A DNA stretch of 64,000 bases from Malacoraja senta (taxonomy: Eukaryota). Where the stretch lies: assembly GCA_038087875.1 (NCBI GenBank), contig CM075987.1, forward strand, positions 25,546,001 through 25,610,000. Direction: 5' to 3'. Position 1 is the first letter of the stretch, and the number at the start of each line of letters is the position of its first letter. The notes beneath the pieces are model-generated. The model had not been told where the DNA came from. It ran no database searches and worked only from the letters and a program-made list of their open reading frames with translations. The position numbers and the translations under genes were made by a program. This document shows, piece after piece, positions 12,320 to 23,407 of the stretch.

Positions 12320-12837
12320 TCTCGAACCATGGTGTGTTGGAAACAGCCACACAATCCATCTCAAACCATGGTGTGTTGGAAACAGCCACAAAATCCATCT
12401 CAAACCATGGTGTGTTGGAAACAGCCACAAAATCCATCTCAAACCATGTTGTGTTGGAAACAGCCACACAATCCATCTCAAACCATGGTGTGTTGGAAAC
12501 AGCCACAAAATCCATCTCAAACCATGTTGTGTTGGAAACAGCCACACAATCCATCTCAAACCATGGTGTGTTGGAAACAGCCACAAAATCCATCTCAAAC
12601 CATGGTGTGTTGGAAACAGCCACACAATCCATCTCAAACCATGGTGTGTTGGAAACAGCCACAAAATCCATCTCAAACCATGGTGTGTTGGAAACAGCCA
12701 CACAATCCATCTCAAACCATGGTGTGTTGGAAACAGCCACACAAAATCCATCTCAAACCATGGTGTGTTGGAAACAGCCACACAATCCATCTCAAACCAT
12801 GGTGTGTTGGAAACAGCCACAAAATCCATCTCAAACC
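12320..12837. repeat. 39-bp minisatellite, ~13 copies
   Basis: Unit tctcaaaccatggtgtgttggaaacagccaca(c/a)aatcca repeated head-to-tail without spacers. Confidence 0.95.
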
Positions 12838-13112
12838 AATTCATCTCAAAATTGTTTTCAGAAAAAGTGTTGGCAAGGATCTGAGGTTCATAACGTTGAA
12901 GCCTATCACCGTGGCAACCAATCTTGGGATGGAACATACTGAGCTATCGCAAAAACGCAACTAAGTCTATTTTGTCCAGATATATCCTGTGCTCTTAGCT
13001 ATGAGATTTGAGTTTAGTTTAGAGATACAGCACGGAAACAGGCCCTTCGGCCCACCGAGTCCGCACCAACCAGCGATCCCCGCTCATCAACACTACCCTA
13101 CACACACACACT

Positions 13113-13465
13113 GTGGTTTATTTGTAAGGTACATTGAACAATCCCTGTTCCAGGCGTACACTGGCCCTTTCCCCGAAGTCTATCTCCGTTACATTGACGA
13201 CTACATTGGTGCTATCTCCTGCACCCATGCAGATCACATGGACTTTATTAATCACCACCAATTTCCATCCTGCACTCAAATTCATTTGGACCATCTCTGA
13301 CACCTCCCTCCCATTTCTTGTTAGAAATCTCTCTGCATCACTGTCTATATCTCTCGTTTCCCCTGACTCTCAGTCTGAAGAAGGGTCTCGACCAGAAACG
13401 TCACCCATTCCTTCTCTCCAGAGATGCTGCCTGTCCCGTTGAGTTACTCCAGCCTTTTGTGTCTA
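13113..13465 (+). mobile_element. PLE reverse-transcriptase fragment fused to terminal repeat
   Basis: GLFVRYIEQSLFQAYTGPFPEVYLRYIDDYIG (RT catalytic YIDD) and FHPALKFIWTISDTSLPFL, followed by the hammerhead motif at 13375. Confidence 0.8.
13371..13405 (+). ncRNA. Minimal type I hammerhead ribozyme-like motif (PLE-associated)
   Basis: CTGAAGA-A-GGGT CTCG ACCA-GAAA-CG-TC; core intact, helix I only ~2 bp locally; activity unproven. Confidence 0.5.
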
Positions 13466-13979
13466 ATTGCGTTTGTCGAACTGACCTTGCAATATCCTGA
13501 AGGTACTTACTTCGGCTCGAGAGCAACAGAAGCGCTGTCATCTTTCATACCGTTGCAATTGTCAATGGTATTTGTGATTTATCAAAGCAATTTACATAAA
13601 GTCAAAGAGTTAATGAGCAAGTGGATCATTGTGGTGTTGACAGCCTCTAATAGCCTCCAGGCAAATCCTAGCCACACACAGATTCCAAGGCAGCCAGCAT
13701 TTCAAAGTGGGCTCCGATCTCAGGAGAACAAGCTCCAAGAGGCATGATTACAACACTTGATGAACAGTTAACAAATCATGTGATGAGTGTTCATCACTCT
13801 CTCCCACTAGTGGAAACATCCTCACCACATCCACTCTATCCAAGCCTTAGACTATTCGGTAAGTTTCAATGAGGTCCCTCCTCATACTTGTAAACTGCGG
13901 ATAGGAAAGTGGGATACCATAGAAATGGTGTGAATGGGTGTTTGGCAGTTGGCGTGGACATGGTTCATCGGTTTATAAC

Positions 13980-14400
13980 TTATAGGAGCAGAATTCGGCC
14001 CATCAAGTCTACTCCACCATACAATCATGGCTGATCTACCTCTCCCTCCTAACCCCATTCTCCTGCCTTCTCCCCATTAACCCTGACACCCATACTAATC
14101 AAGAATTTGTCAATCTCTGCCTTAAAAATACCCAATGACTTGTCCTCCACAGCCATCAGTGGCAATGAATTCCACAGATTCACCACCCTCTGACTGAAGA
14201 AATTCCTCATCATCTCCTTTCTAAAGGTAGGTCCTTTTATTCTGAGGCTGTGGCCTCTGGTCCTTGACTCTCCCATGAGTGGAAACATCCTCCCCACATC
14301 CACTCTATCCAGGCCTTTCACTATTCGGTAAGTTTCAATGAGGTGTCCCCTCATCCTTCTAAACTCCAGCGAGTACAGGCCCAGTGCCGACAAATGCTCA
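13980..14400 (-). mobile_element. CR1-clade LINE 3' fragment
   Basis: ORF 14049..14393: LGLYSLEFRRMRGHLIETYRIVKGLDRVDVGRMFPL...FFSQRVVNLWNSLP. Confidence 0.85.
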
Positions 14401-14673
14401 TCAAAAGCTTCTCCCTTCTAAAAGTTGTGTCCTTCTATCCTGATCCTTTTATTTAGTTCTATTTATTTGCAAAGTGCCTGAAATGTACATGATATGCGAT
14501 TTAATTTCTCGCCCATTGCCACACAAGTCCTTTATCCAAACTTTATCCGTAACATCTCAAAGTGGAAACATACTTCCTCTTAATCTTAATGCTGTGATGA
14601 AAATTTATTGTCCCTTTCTTTCCTCAGTAGTTTTCTCTCCCATGAACCTTGGCACTTAACGTGAATTCATCAA

Positions 14674-14940
14674 TGGTGGCGCAGCGGTAGAGTTGCTACC
14701 TTCCAGCGTCAGAGACCAGGGTTCGATCCTGACTGCGGGTGCTGTCTTTACAGTGTTTGTACGTTCTCCCTGTGACCTGCGTGGGTTTTCTCCCATTGCC
14801 TCATGCACTCCAAAAGACGTACAGGTTTGTAGGCTAATTGGCTTGGTACAAATGTAAAATTGTCCCTCGTGTGTGTAGGATGGTGTTATTGTGCTGAGAT
14901 TGACTCCAAGGGCCTGTGTCTGTGCTGTATCTCTAAACAA
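14674..14940 (+). mobile_element. HE1-type V-SINE
   Basis: ggtggcgcagcggtagagttgc ... gctgtatctctaaac. Confidence 0.8.
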
Positions 14941-15636
14941 TACTAAAGTCCATAAATTAGCTGCAAGCATTGGGATGCAATACAATGAAACTGCCCCTGA
15001 CAAAAAAAGTCTTCGGATATTTCAACTAATTTGCAAAATGTCTTTATTTTTTCCACTGCCATTGAGGAAATTTAGGATCCATTCATTGCTCCGTAGTTAT
15101 TTTCACCTGTAGCAATTTTCTTCCAGCAACTGCTAATCTTCTTGAGCAGCTTTGAATAACTTCACACCCACATGAGTCGACATGAGAAAATGCCAAGGTC
15201 AATACTTTCATTGAATCCATTTGCTCTGTCGACTTCTATCTTGTCATCAACGTCTTTTAACAAATTCTGCTTCTCTGGAAATGTAAAATACTGTCACAAA
15301 TAATCCAATCAGAATACGTTATATAATTTCAGCAGTCCTCGACAATCAATGCTGACCTGTTGTCCTTCTTTATCTGAGAGTATCTTCTTCATCGCATCCA
15401 TAAGAGACACAGGGTCTGATTCCAACTCAGCTGATAACACTCTGCCCTTTCCTGCCAATTCTATTGATTACTTAATTGCTTCTATCCCATGGTATACTAG
15501 TTGTGCTATGAATCACATAACATAATTATATTCATTTGATTCATAACTATGTTTTGAATTATGCTATGAAATCTATAACTTAACATAAAAGTTATATTAA
15601 TTCTATAATACCCATATTGGTTAGCTAGAACCACGG

Positions 15637-15935
15637 CCATGGTGGCGCAGCGGTAGATTTGCTGCCTTACAGCCCTGGAGACCTGGATTCGATCCCAACT
15701 ACGGGTGCTGTCTGTACGGAGTTTTACGTTCTCCCCTTGACCTGCGTGGGTTTTCTCCGAGATTTTAAGTTTCCTCCCACACTCCAAAGACGTACGGGCT
15801 TGTAGGTTAATTGTCTTGGTGTAAATGTAAATTGTCTCTAGCGTGTGTAGGGTAGTGTTAATGTGCGGGGATTGCTGGTTGGTGCGGACTCGGTGGGCCG
15901 AAGAGCCTGTTTCAGCGCTTTATCTCCAAACTAAA
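15637..15935 (+). mobile_element. HE1-type V-SINE
   Basis: Head, V-domain and tail present. Confidence 0.85.
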
Positions 15936-15971
15936 CCACGATAGTTGATTCCAGAGCCAACTAGAACCAAT

Positions 15972-16180
15972 GTGTAGGAAGAAATTGGCGATGCTGGTTT
16001 ACACCGACGATAGACACAAAGTGCTGGAGTAACTCAGCAGGACAGGCAGCATCTCTGGAGAGAAGGAATGGGTGACGTTTTGGGTCGAGACCCATTGTTT
16101 CAGAAGAATTGTCCCGACCCGAAGCGTCACCCATTCCTTCTCTCCAGAGATGCCGCCTGTCCCACTGAGTTACTCCTGCA
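15972..16180. mobile_element. Fold-back PLE terminal repeats
   Basis: ctggagagaaggaatgggtgacgttttgggtcg / cgacccgaagcgtcacccattccttctctccag are inverted arms. Confidence 0.7.
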
Positions 16181-16761
16181 CTGTGTGCATCTCAGTTCAA
16201 TTTAGTTTGTTGTCTATCTTCAGAACAAAGTTCTAGTTAACTTAGTTAGAAGGTAAGTTAGTTAACCTAACTATCACCCAGTCTGGACATTATCACAGCC
16301 CGATGAAATATCACCTCCATGACAGTCAGAACCTTATTTCCCCAGGGTGTAAAGGTCCAACACTAGCTAGGGCATAGCTATAAGGCGAGAGGGGGAACGA
16401 TCAAAGGAGATGTGCGTGGCATGGAAGGACCTGGAACGCACTGCCAGGGGTGGTGGTGGTGGAGGCAGATATGATAGTGGTGTTTAAGGGGCTATTGCAT
16501 AGACACATGTTAGTTCAGGGAATAGGGGGACATGCATCATGTAGAGACAGTTAACGGCATCATGTTGGGATGAAGGGCCAGTTTCTTTGCTGTACTGTGC
16601 TTTGTTCAATGACAAACACAACACCTTTCCACATCTGTAGCATTACATAGCTTAGTCCTTATCTCCGCCCATCTTCCACTGAAATTATTGAGGCTTGGTT
16701 CACTACTAGACTCGATACATCTAACAGTTTCTAGGCTGGCTTCCCATCCTCCTGGCCCGAG

Positions 16762-16990
16762 TTGAGTGAATCTGTGGAATTCTCTGCCACAGAAGGCAGT
16801 GGAGGCCAATTCACTGGATGTTTTCAAGAGAGAGTTAGATTTAGCTCTAAGGGCTAACGGAATCAAGGGATATGGGGAGAAAGCAGGAACGGGGTACTGA
16901 TTGTGGATGATCAGCCATGATCACATTGAATGGCGGTGCTGGCTTGAAGGGCTAAATGGCCTACTCCTGCATCTGTTTTCTATGTTTCTA
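16762..16990 (+). mobile_element. CR1-clade LINE 3' fragment
   Basis: gtgaatctgtggaattctctgccacagaaggcagtggagg (VNLWNSLPQKAVE) plus 3' UTR. Confidence 0.8.
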
Positions 16991-17739
16991 ACCTAAACGT
17001 GGCCTTAACCACAATCCTTTACCAGCATTCTTCTACTGGCATGAGTTTAGTTTATTGTCGCGTGTTCCTATCTCCACTCGTCCCACCTGCCTGCGTTTGG
17101 CCCATGTCCCTCTAAACCTGACCTATCCATGTGTAGGAAGGAACTGCAGAAGCTGGTTTAAACCAAAGATAGACACAAAAAGCTGGAGTAATTCAACTGG
17201 TCAGCCAGCATCTCTGGAGAAATGGAATAGGTGACGTTTGAGGTTGAGACTGTTCTTCAAACTACGAGTCAGGGGTGAGGGAAACGAGAGATATAGACGG
17301 TGATACAGAACAAACGAATGAAAGATGTGCAAAAAACATAACGATGATAAAGGAAACAGGCCATTGTTAGCCGAGGGCTAGGTGAAAACGGGTTAGACAA
17401 CGAGACTCAACAAGACGACATTAAGGCTAGTACAACGACTTGGGTGGGGGAGTATTTATTTATTCATGTGTGTTACTGTATATATTTATATAATGGTATA
17501 TTGACACTGATCTGTTCTGTATTCATGCCTACTATATTCTGTTGAAGAATCTGTGCTGAAGAAAAACAAGAATTTCATTGTCCTATCTGGGACTCATGAC
17601 AATAAACTTGAATCTTGAATCTTGAGTACCTGTCTAAGTGTTTCTTAAACATTGCAGTAGTCCCTGCCTCAACCACCTCCTCCTGAAGCTCTTCCCACAC
17701 ACCCGCCCATTTTAAAATAATAGTGTGAAATGTTTCCTT

Positions 17740-18207
17740 AAGCGGAGGCTTGGCGATCGTTTCGCCGAACACCTCCGGTCGGTCCGCAATAACCAACCTG
17801 AGCTCCTGGTGGCTCAGCACTTCAACTCCCCCTCCCATTCCGTATCTGACCACTCTGTCCTGGGTCTCCTCCATGGCCACAGCGAGCAACACCGGAAATT
17901 GGAGGAAATGCACCTCATATTCCGCTTGGGCAGTCTACACCCTGGGGGCATGAACATTGAATTCTCCCAACTCTGCTAGCCCTTGCTGTCCCCTCCCCTT
18001 CATCAGCCCTCTGGTTGTCTCCTCCCATCTCCTCCTCCTCCTCCGCCTTTTTTCTTTCTTCTCTCCACCCCCTATCAGTCTGAAGAAGGGTTTCGGCCCA
18101 AAACATTGCCTATTTCCTTCGCTCCATAGATGCTGCTGCACCCGCTGAGTTTCTCCAGCATTCTTGTGTACCTTCGATTTTCCAGCTTCTGCAGTTCCTG
18201 CTTTAAC
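17740..18207 (+). mobile_element. PLE 3' end: GIY-YIG endonuclease C-terminus plus terminal repeat with hammerhead motif
   Basis: KRRLGDRFAEHLRSVRNNQPELLVAQHFNSPSHS...RKLEEMHLIFRLGSLHPGGMNIEF is typical of PLE GIY-YIG C-termini; ctgaagaagggtttcggcccaaaacattgcc at ~18080. Confidence 0.85.
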
Positions 18208-18910
18208 ATCAAATCCCCAAATGTTCTTCACCGCCTGGGGCTGAGTTCAAACAGAGCTTCAGTATTCCATGGCTCGTAGCCTAGACTAGATGGGCTTAAT
18301 CCTCGTCCTCTGGTTTACATACAACGGTGAAATCAAGTGAACTCGCCGACCAACAATAACCCACTTAGCAATGGTAAGCACGACCAAAGGGGTAAATTGA
18401 TGTGCTTGGATCTAATTACAGCGCACAAGATACGCTCTGCATCGTGACGCCTGGGAGTATAATGTGTAGATATGCCCGCAATGATGTGCGTCCCCTGCTG
18501 AATACAGCAGAAGGATCAGCCTGAGATGTCAGAGAGATTGTGGTATTTTAAACACCGACCAATAATTTCAGAGGTCATTGGAGAAAGAGAGCAGTATCTC
18601 TGATGGATGAAAGAGAACCATGAAGCATCTCCAGTGGTTCCTCTATTTTAGGAAAACGAAATAGAAGCTGTAGTTAAAGTCCTTTGTAGTAAATTAAACC
18701 TACTCCAATATTTACACAGATGATAGAGTGCTGGAGTAACTCAGCGGGTCGGGCAGCATCTCTGGAGAGAAGGAATGGGTGACTTTTCGGGTCAAAACCA
18801 TTCTTCAGACTGAGAGTCAGGGGAGAGGGAAACTAGAGATATGAAAAAGTACAAATGACAAATCGGTGTAAACCAGCATCTGAAGTACCTTCCGACATAC
18901 TCCAATGTAT

Positions 18911-19215
18911 TTAGTTTGGTTAGTTTAGAGATACAGCATGGAAGCAGGCTCTTCAGCCCACCGAGTCCATGCCGACCAGTGATCACCTCATACACGACCG
19001 CTATTCTACACACCAAGGTCAATTTCACATTTTTGACCAAAGCCAATTAACCTACACCCTGTACGTCTTTGGAATGTGGGAGGAAACCAGAGCACCCGAA
19101 GAAAACCCGCATGGTCACAGGGAGAACGTTCAAACTCTGTACAGACAGCACCCGTAGTCAGGATCGAACCCAGGTCTCTGGTGCTGTAAGGCAGCAACTC
19201 TACCGCTGTTACGCC
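18911..19215 (-). mobile_element. HE1-type V-SINE
   Basis: Reverse complement of the SINE consensus. Confidence 0.85.
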
Positions 19216-19289
19216 AACAGATAGATAGACAGCTGATCTTTCTTGCAAAACCTCACCAATATCAGACTCGTGTTAGGACTGGGTCTTGT

Positions 19290-19665
19290 GTGAATGAATG
19301 AATAGGTTTATTGGCCAAGTATTCACATACAAGGAATTTGCCTTGGTGCTCCGCCCACAAGTTACAACATGACATGCAGTGATAGTTAGGAATGACACAT
19401 AACACATTAAACATGAATAATAAAACATTATCGATTAAACATGTGAATTAAATAAAATACCAGAGCAAAAGGAGGCTACAGATTTTTGGTTATTGAGTAG
19501 AGCTACAACTCATGGAAAAAAAGCTGTTTTTATGTCTGGCTGTGGCAGCTTTGACAGTCCGGAGTCGCCTTCCAGAGGGAAGTGATTCAAAGAGTTTATG
19601 GCCAGCGTGAGAGGGGTCAGAGATGATCTTGCCCGCTCGCTTCCTGGCCCTTGCGGTGTAGTGGC
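19290..19665 (-). mobile_element. Rex1/Babar LINE 3' fragment
   Basis: YTARARKRAGKIISDPSHAGHKLFESLPSGRRLRTVKAATARHKNSFF; (tgaa)n tail on the + strand. Confidence 0.8.
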
Positions 19666-20545
19666 CCTTGAAGGTGCCAGAATGCATTTGATACTTGGCA
19701 CCATTCTGCAGTCTGTGAGAGCACTTTGAAAACTGGAAGGAAACAATATCATAACAATAAAGCAAAACTTCAGGAGGCATTAACTGGTTCAGCGATTGGA
19801 AATTACTGATCATTCAAACCATCAATGAACCACTTCGCCCTCAATGGAGTAAATGCCAGGTACTCAATGTGAGATTAGATGTTAATCGCTGATGTAATTA
19901 TTGTGCTGCTTTAAACCTACAATTAATTGAAACAGAAGCTTAACTGTTCAAACCTTCTGAGTTGTTTTTAAAACCTACTTAGAAGAGCATTAATAGTACC
20001 AAAAAATCTTTTCAAACTCCCAATTATCCCATTAAGTTGCATTAATCTACCTGGCTTGAACCTTATTTAAAAAGAACAAGCAATACATTGCACAAGTCAC
20101 AGCCTTTCTCTGGCAACTAATGCCCATATTGGTCGGCTCCACAGTAGCCCCTTGCTAATGAGTCAGAAAGCGATTTATTTAAGCTGTGTGCAATAGATCT
20201 ATGTTGGCACTTGTGGAGTTGTGGGTGTTTCAAATGTCTGAAGTGTCATCTTTCATCTGAAACACTATATTCAGAGTGTGTACCAGCTTCAGACTAGTTT
20301 ATTGTCACATGTACCGAGGCACAGTGAAAACGTTTTGTTGCGTGCTATCCAGTGAGCGGGAAGACAATACGGGATTACAATCGAGCCATTCACAGTGTAT
20401 AGATGATACATGATAAGGTTTTGGTGCAAGGTAAAGCCAGCAAAGTCCGATCAAAGATAGTCTGAGGGTCACCAAAGAGGTAGATAGTAGTTCAGCACTG
20501 CTCTCTGGTTGTGGTAGGATGATTCCTGTCCCCGAATCTGGAGGT

Positions 20546-20906
20546 AGACAAAAAATGCTGGAGAAACTCAGCAGGTGAGGCAGCATCAAATTGATGCTGC
20601 CTCACCCGCTGAGTTTCTCCAGCATTTTTGTCTACCTTCGATTTGTCCAGCATCTGCAGTTCTTTCTTAAACTGATTAAGAAGGAACTGCAGATGCTGGA
20701 AAATCCCAGGTACACAAAACTGCTGGAGAAACTCAGCGTGTGCAGCAGCATCTATGGAGCGAAGGAAATAGGCAAAGTTTCGGGCCGAAACCCTTCAGAC
20801 TCTGAAGAAGGGTTTCGGCCCGAAACGTTGCCTATTTCCTTCGCTCAAATAGATGCTGCTGCACCCGCTGTGTTTCTCCAGCATTTTTGTGAACCTTTCT
20901 TAAACT
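20546..20906. mobile_element. Compound double fold-back PLE terminal-repeat insertion
   Basis: Two inverted-arm units; 12-bp flanking repeat gaatctggaggt at 20534-20545 and 20907-20918. Confidence 0.75.
20800..20832 (+). ncRNA. Minimal type I hammerhead ribozyme-like motif (PLE-associated)
   Basis: CTGAAGA-A-GGGT TTCG GCCC-GAAA-CG-TT; helix II capped by UUCG, palindromic AACGTT helix III. Confidence 0.55.
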
Positions 20907-21307
20907 GAATCTGGAGGTGTGCGTTTTCACACTTCTGTACCTTTCGTCCGAAGGGAGAGGGGAGAAGAGGGAGTGGCCGGGGTGCGACTGGTCCTTGATT
21001 ATGCTGCTGGCCTTGCCGAAACAGCGCGAGGTATAAATGGAGTCAATGGGAGGGAGGTTGGTTTGTGTGATGGTCTGGGCTGCGTCCACAGTTCACTGCA
21101 CAGTACATTGTATGGTTAGTATATGTGATTCAGGACAAAGACACATTGCGCTTGTGCGTTCATTCACACTTTGAAATGGATTTTTTGATTTGGAGTCAAT
21201 TCGTAATAAATTACTGTCCAGCAAAGTCACTTGAAGTGCTCGACCGTGGCAAATCTACCGAGTGGATTAAATGTTGTCGCGAGAATAGTAAACAATAAAT
21301 CTGTGTG

Positions 21308-21617
21308 GGTGGCACGGTGGCGCAGCGCTAGAGTTGCTGCCTTACAGCGCTTGAGACCCGGGTTCAATCCTGACTACGGCTGCTGTCTGTACGGAGTTTG
21401 TTCGTTCTCCCCGTGACCTGCGCGGGTTTTCTCCGAGATCTTCGGTTTCCTCCCACACTCCAAAGACGTACAGGTTTGTAATTTAATTGGCTTGGTATAA
21501 TTGTAAATTGTCCCTAGTGTGTATAGGATAGTGTTAGCGTGCGGGGATCGCTGGTCGGTGGGGACTCGGTGGGCCGAAGGGCCTGTTTCCTCGTTGTATC
21601 TCTGAACTAAACTAAAC
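21308..21617 (+). mobile_element. HE1-type V-SINE
   Basis: Head, V-domain and tail present. Confidence 0.85.
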
Positions 21618-22089
21618 TTGGATGCAAAAGGACTGAAGCAAAAAGGGAATATAAAGCAAATCTGAGGACAACCTTGATCGTACTGAACACGAGAGTGAGT
21701 TGAATGGGGCGGGATGGGGGGAAAGAGGAATACTTTAGCTAACCTTTGTTTCAATTCCCTTGGTTCTTGTTAGAAATCGCTGACACTGCAAAAATTCTGA
21801 AGAACACAGCAAGTTTTAAACAATCACCATTTGAGGGATGAAATTCATGTTGCCAGCTATATTTGCTGCAAGAATGTAAATTCTTTTTTTTATCAAACAG
21901 CCCTTCTGGTGCCAACTGGGCGGTCTGGGTTGATTTAATGTGTTGAGGTTGAAAATTGAATATTGCACAAATTCAACATGGCTTTCAGTTTCCTCTGTAA
22001 TTTTAGACGATTCCATCAAAGATCATGTTATTCAGAAAAATTGGAAAGTCCATTTGAATGCTTCTTTCTTTGTACTGATGAGCATTAGA

Positions 22090-22525
22090 TGGCACTGGGT
22101 CTGTACTCGCCAGAGTTTAGAACGATAAGGGGGGTGGGGGGAGAACCTCATTGAAACGTACTGAATAGTGAAAGGCTTGGATAGAGTGGATGTGGGGAGG
22201 ATGTTTCCACTAGTGGGAGAGTCTAGGACTAGAGGTCATAGCCTCCGAATTAAAGGACGTTCTTTTAGGAAGGAGATGAGGAAGAATTTCTTTAGTCAGA
22301 GGGTGGTGAATTTGTGGAATTCTTTGCCACAGAAAGCTGTGGAGGCCAAATCAGTGGATATTTTTAAGGCAGATAGATAGATTCTTGATTAGTACGGGTG
22401 TCAGAGGTTATGGGGAGAAGACAGGAGAATGGGGTTAGAAGGGAGAGATAGATCAGCCATGATTGAATGGCGGAGTAGAATTGATGGGTCGAATGGCCTA
22501 ATTCTGCTCCTATGACCTTATGACC
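22090..22525 (+). mobile_element. CR1-clade LINE 3' fragment
   Basis: ORF 22168..22380: KGLDRVDVGRMFPLVGESRTRGHSLRIKG...FFSQRVVNLWNSLPQKAVEA. Confidence 0.85.
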
Positions 22526-22879
22526 TTCTGTTACTCAGCAATGTGAGCCTGTATATCACTGTGGTTTACTTCAAGTACATATCCATTGTTATCAAATCAA
22601 CAGATTTGTCAGGGTTGGCACTCATGTGCAATGTGGTAAAGATGTGCAATGTACAGAGAGAAGACTTGTTTTGTGCTTCAGTTTTGTAATTAAAATCAAT
22701 GTCATATGTAATCAGCTTCACAGAGGAACTCTTGCAAACAAAGTCTTCCAAAAGTCAAAGGCAGCACGCACTTTAGTTTAGGAAAGAACTGCAGATGCCG
22801 GTCTAAACCGAAGATAGACATAAAAAAAGCTGGAGTAACTCAACAGGACAGACAGCATCTCTGGTGAAAAAGAATAGGT

Positions 22880-23100
22880 TTTGGCGGTCTGATAAACGAC
22901 TACTGGAGTTTTCAACAATACTTTATTCGAACGCTCAAGTTGCAGCGCACGGGTTTACAGACACGTCTGGCCACATCGGTGGTCAGCGCTGAACTGACGC
23001 GCGCAAGGGAAAAACCGCGCGAAAACAACAGCCGAGTCACGTGACCGCGGCTTCCGAACGCCGGGTTCGATATCTGCGTGCGCTAGCAGGCGGCGCTACA
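22880..23100 (-). mobile_element. Solo LTR (Gypsy-like), 221 bp
   Basis: Ends tttggcg...cgctaca (degenerate TG...CA inverted termini); 4-bp TSD aggt; AATAAA on minus strand; CpG-rich; splits a PLE repeat at aggt|gacgtttc. Confidence 0.65.
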
Positions 23101-23407
23101 AGGTGACGTTTCAGGTCGAGATCCTTCTTCAGACTGAGAGTCGGGGGAGAGGGATACTGCAGTTCTTTCTTAAACATTTTGTCTACTCCACTGCGATATC
23201 TCCTCAAGGTATGCCTACTTTGAAGAAGTTCTCCTCCTCTCTGAAGAAGGGTCTCGACCCAAAACGTCACCTATTCCTTCGCTCCATAGATGCTGCCTCA
23301 CGAGCTGAGTTTCTCAAGCATTTCTGTCTACCTGCGATTTTTCCAGCATCTGCAGTTCTTTCTTAAACGAGAGATATAGATGGTGAAATATTTTAGTTTA
23401 ATTTAAT

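Larger units (their letters stand above)
20293..21090 (-). mobile_element. Rex1/Babar LINE 3' fragment interrupted by a PLE insertion
   Basis: DAAQTITQTNLPPIDSIYTSRCFGKASSIIKDQSHPGHSLFSPLPS (ORF 20832..21089); 3' UTR at 20293-20530. Confidence 0.8.

Noticed and set aside
12199..12964. Long repetitive ORFs (247, 211, 208, 167 aa) or a CRISPR-like array
   Set aside because: A 39-bp tandem repeat with no unique spacers; open on both strands only because the unit is a stop-free multiple of 3.
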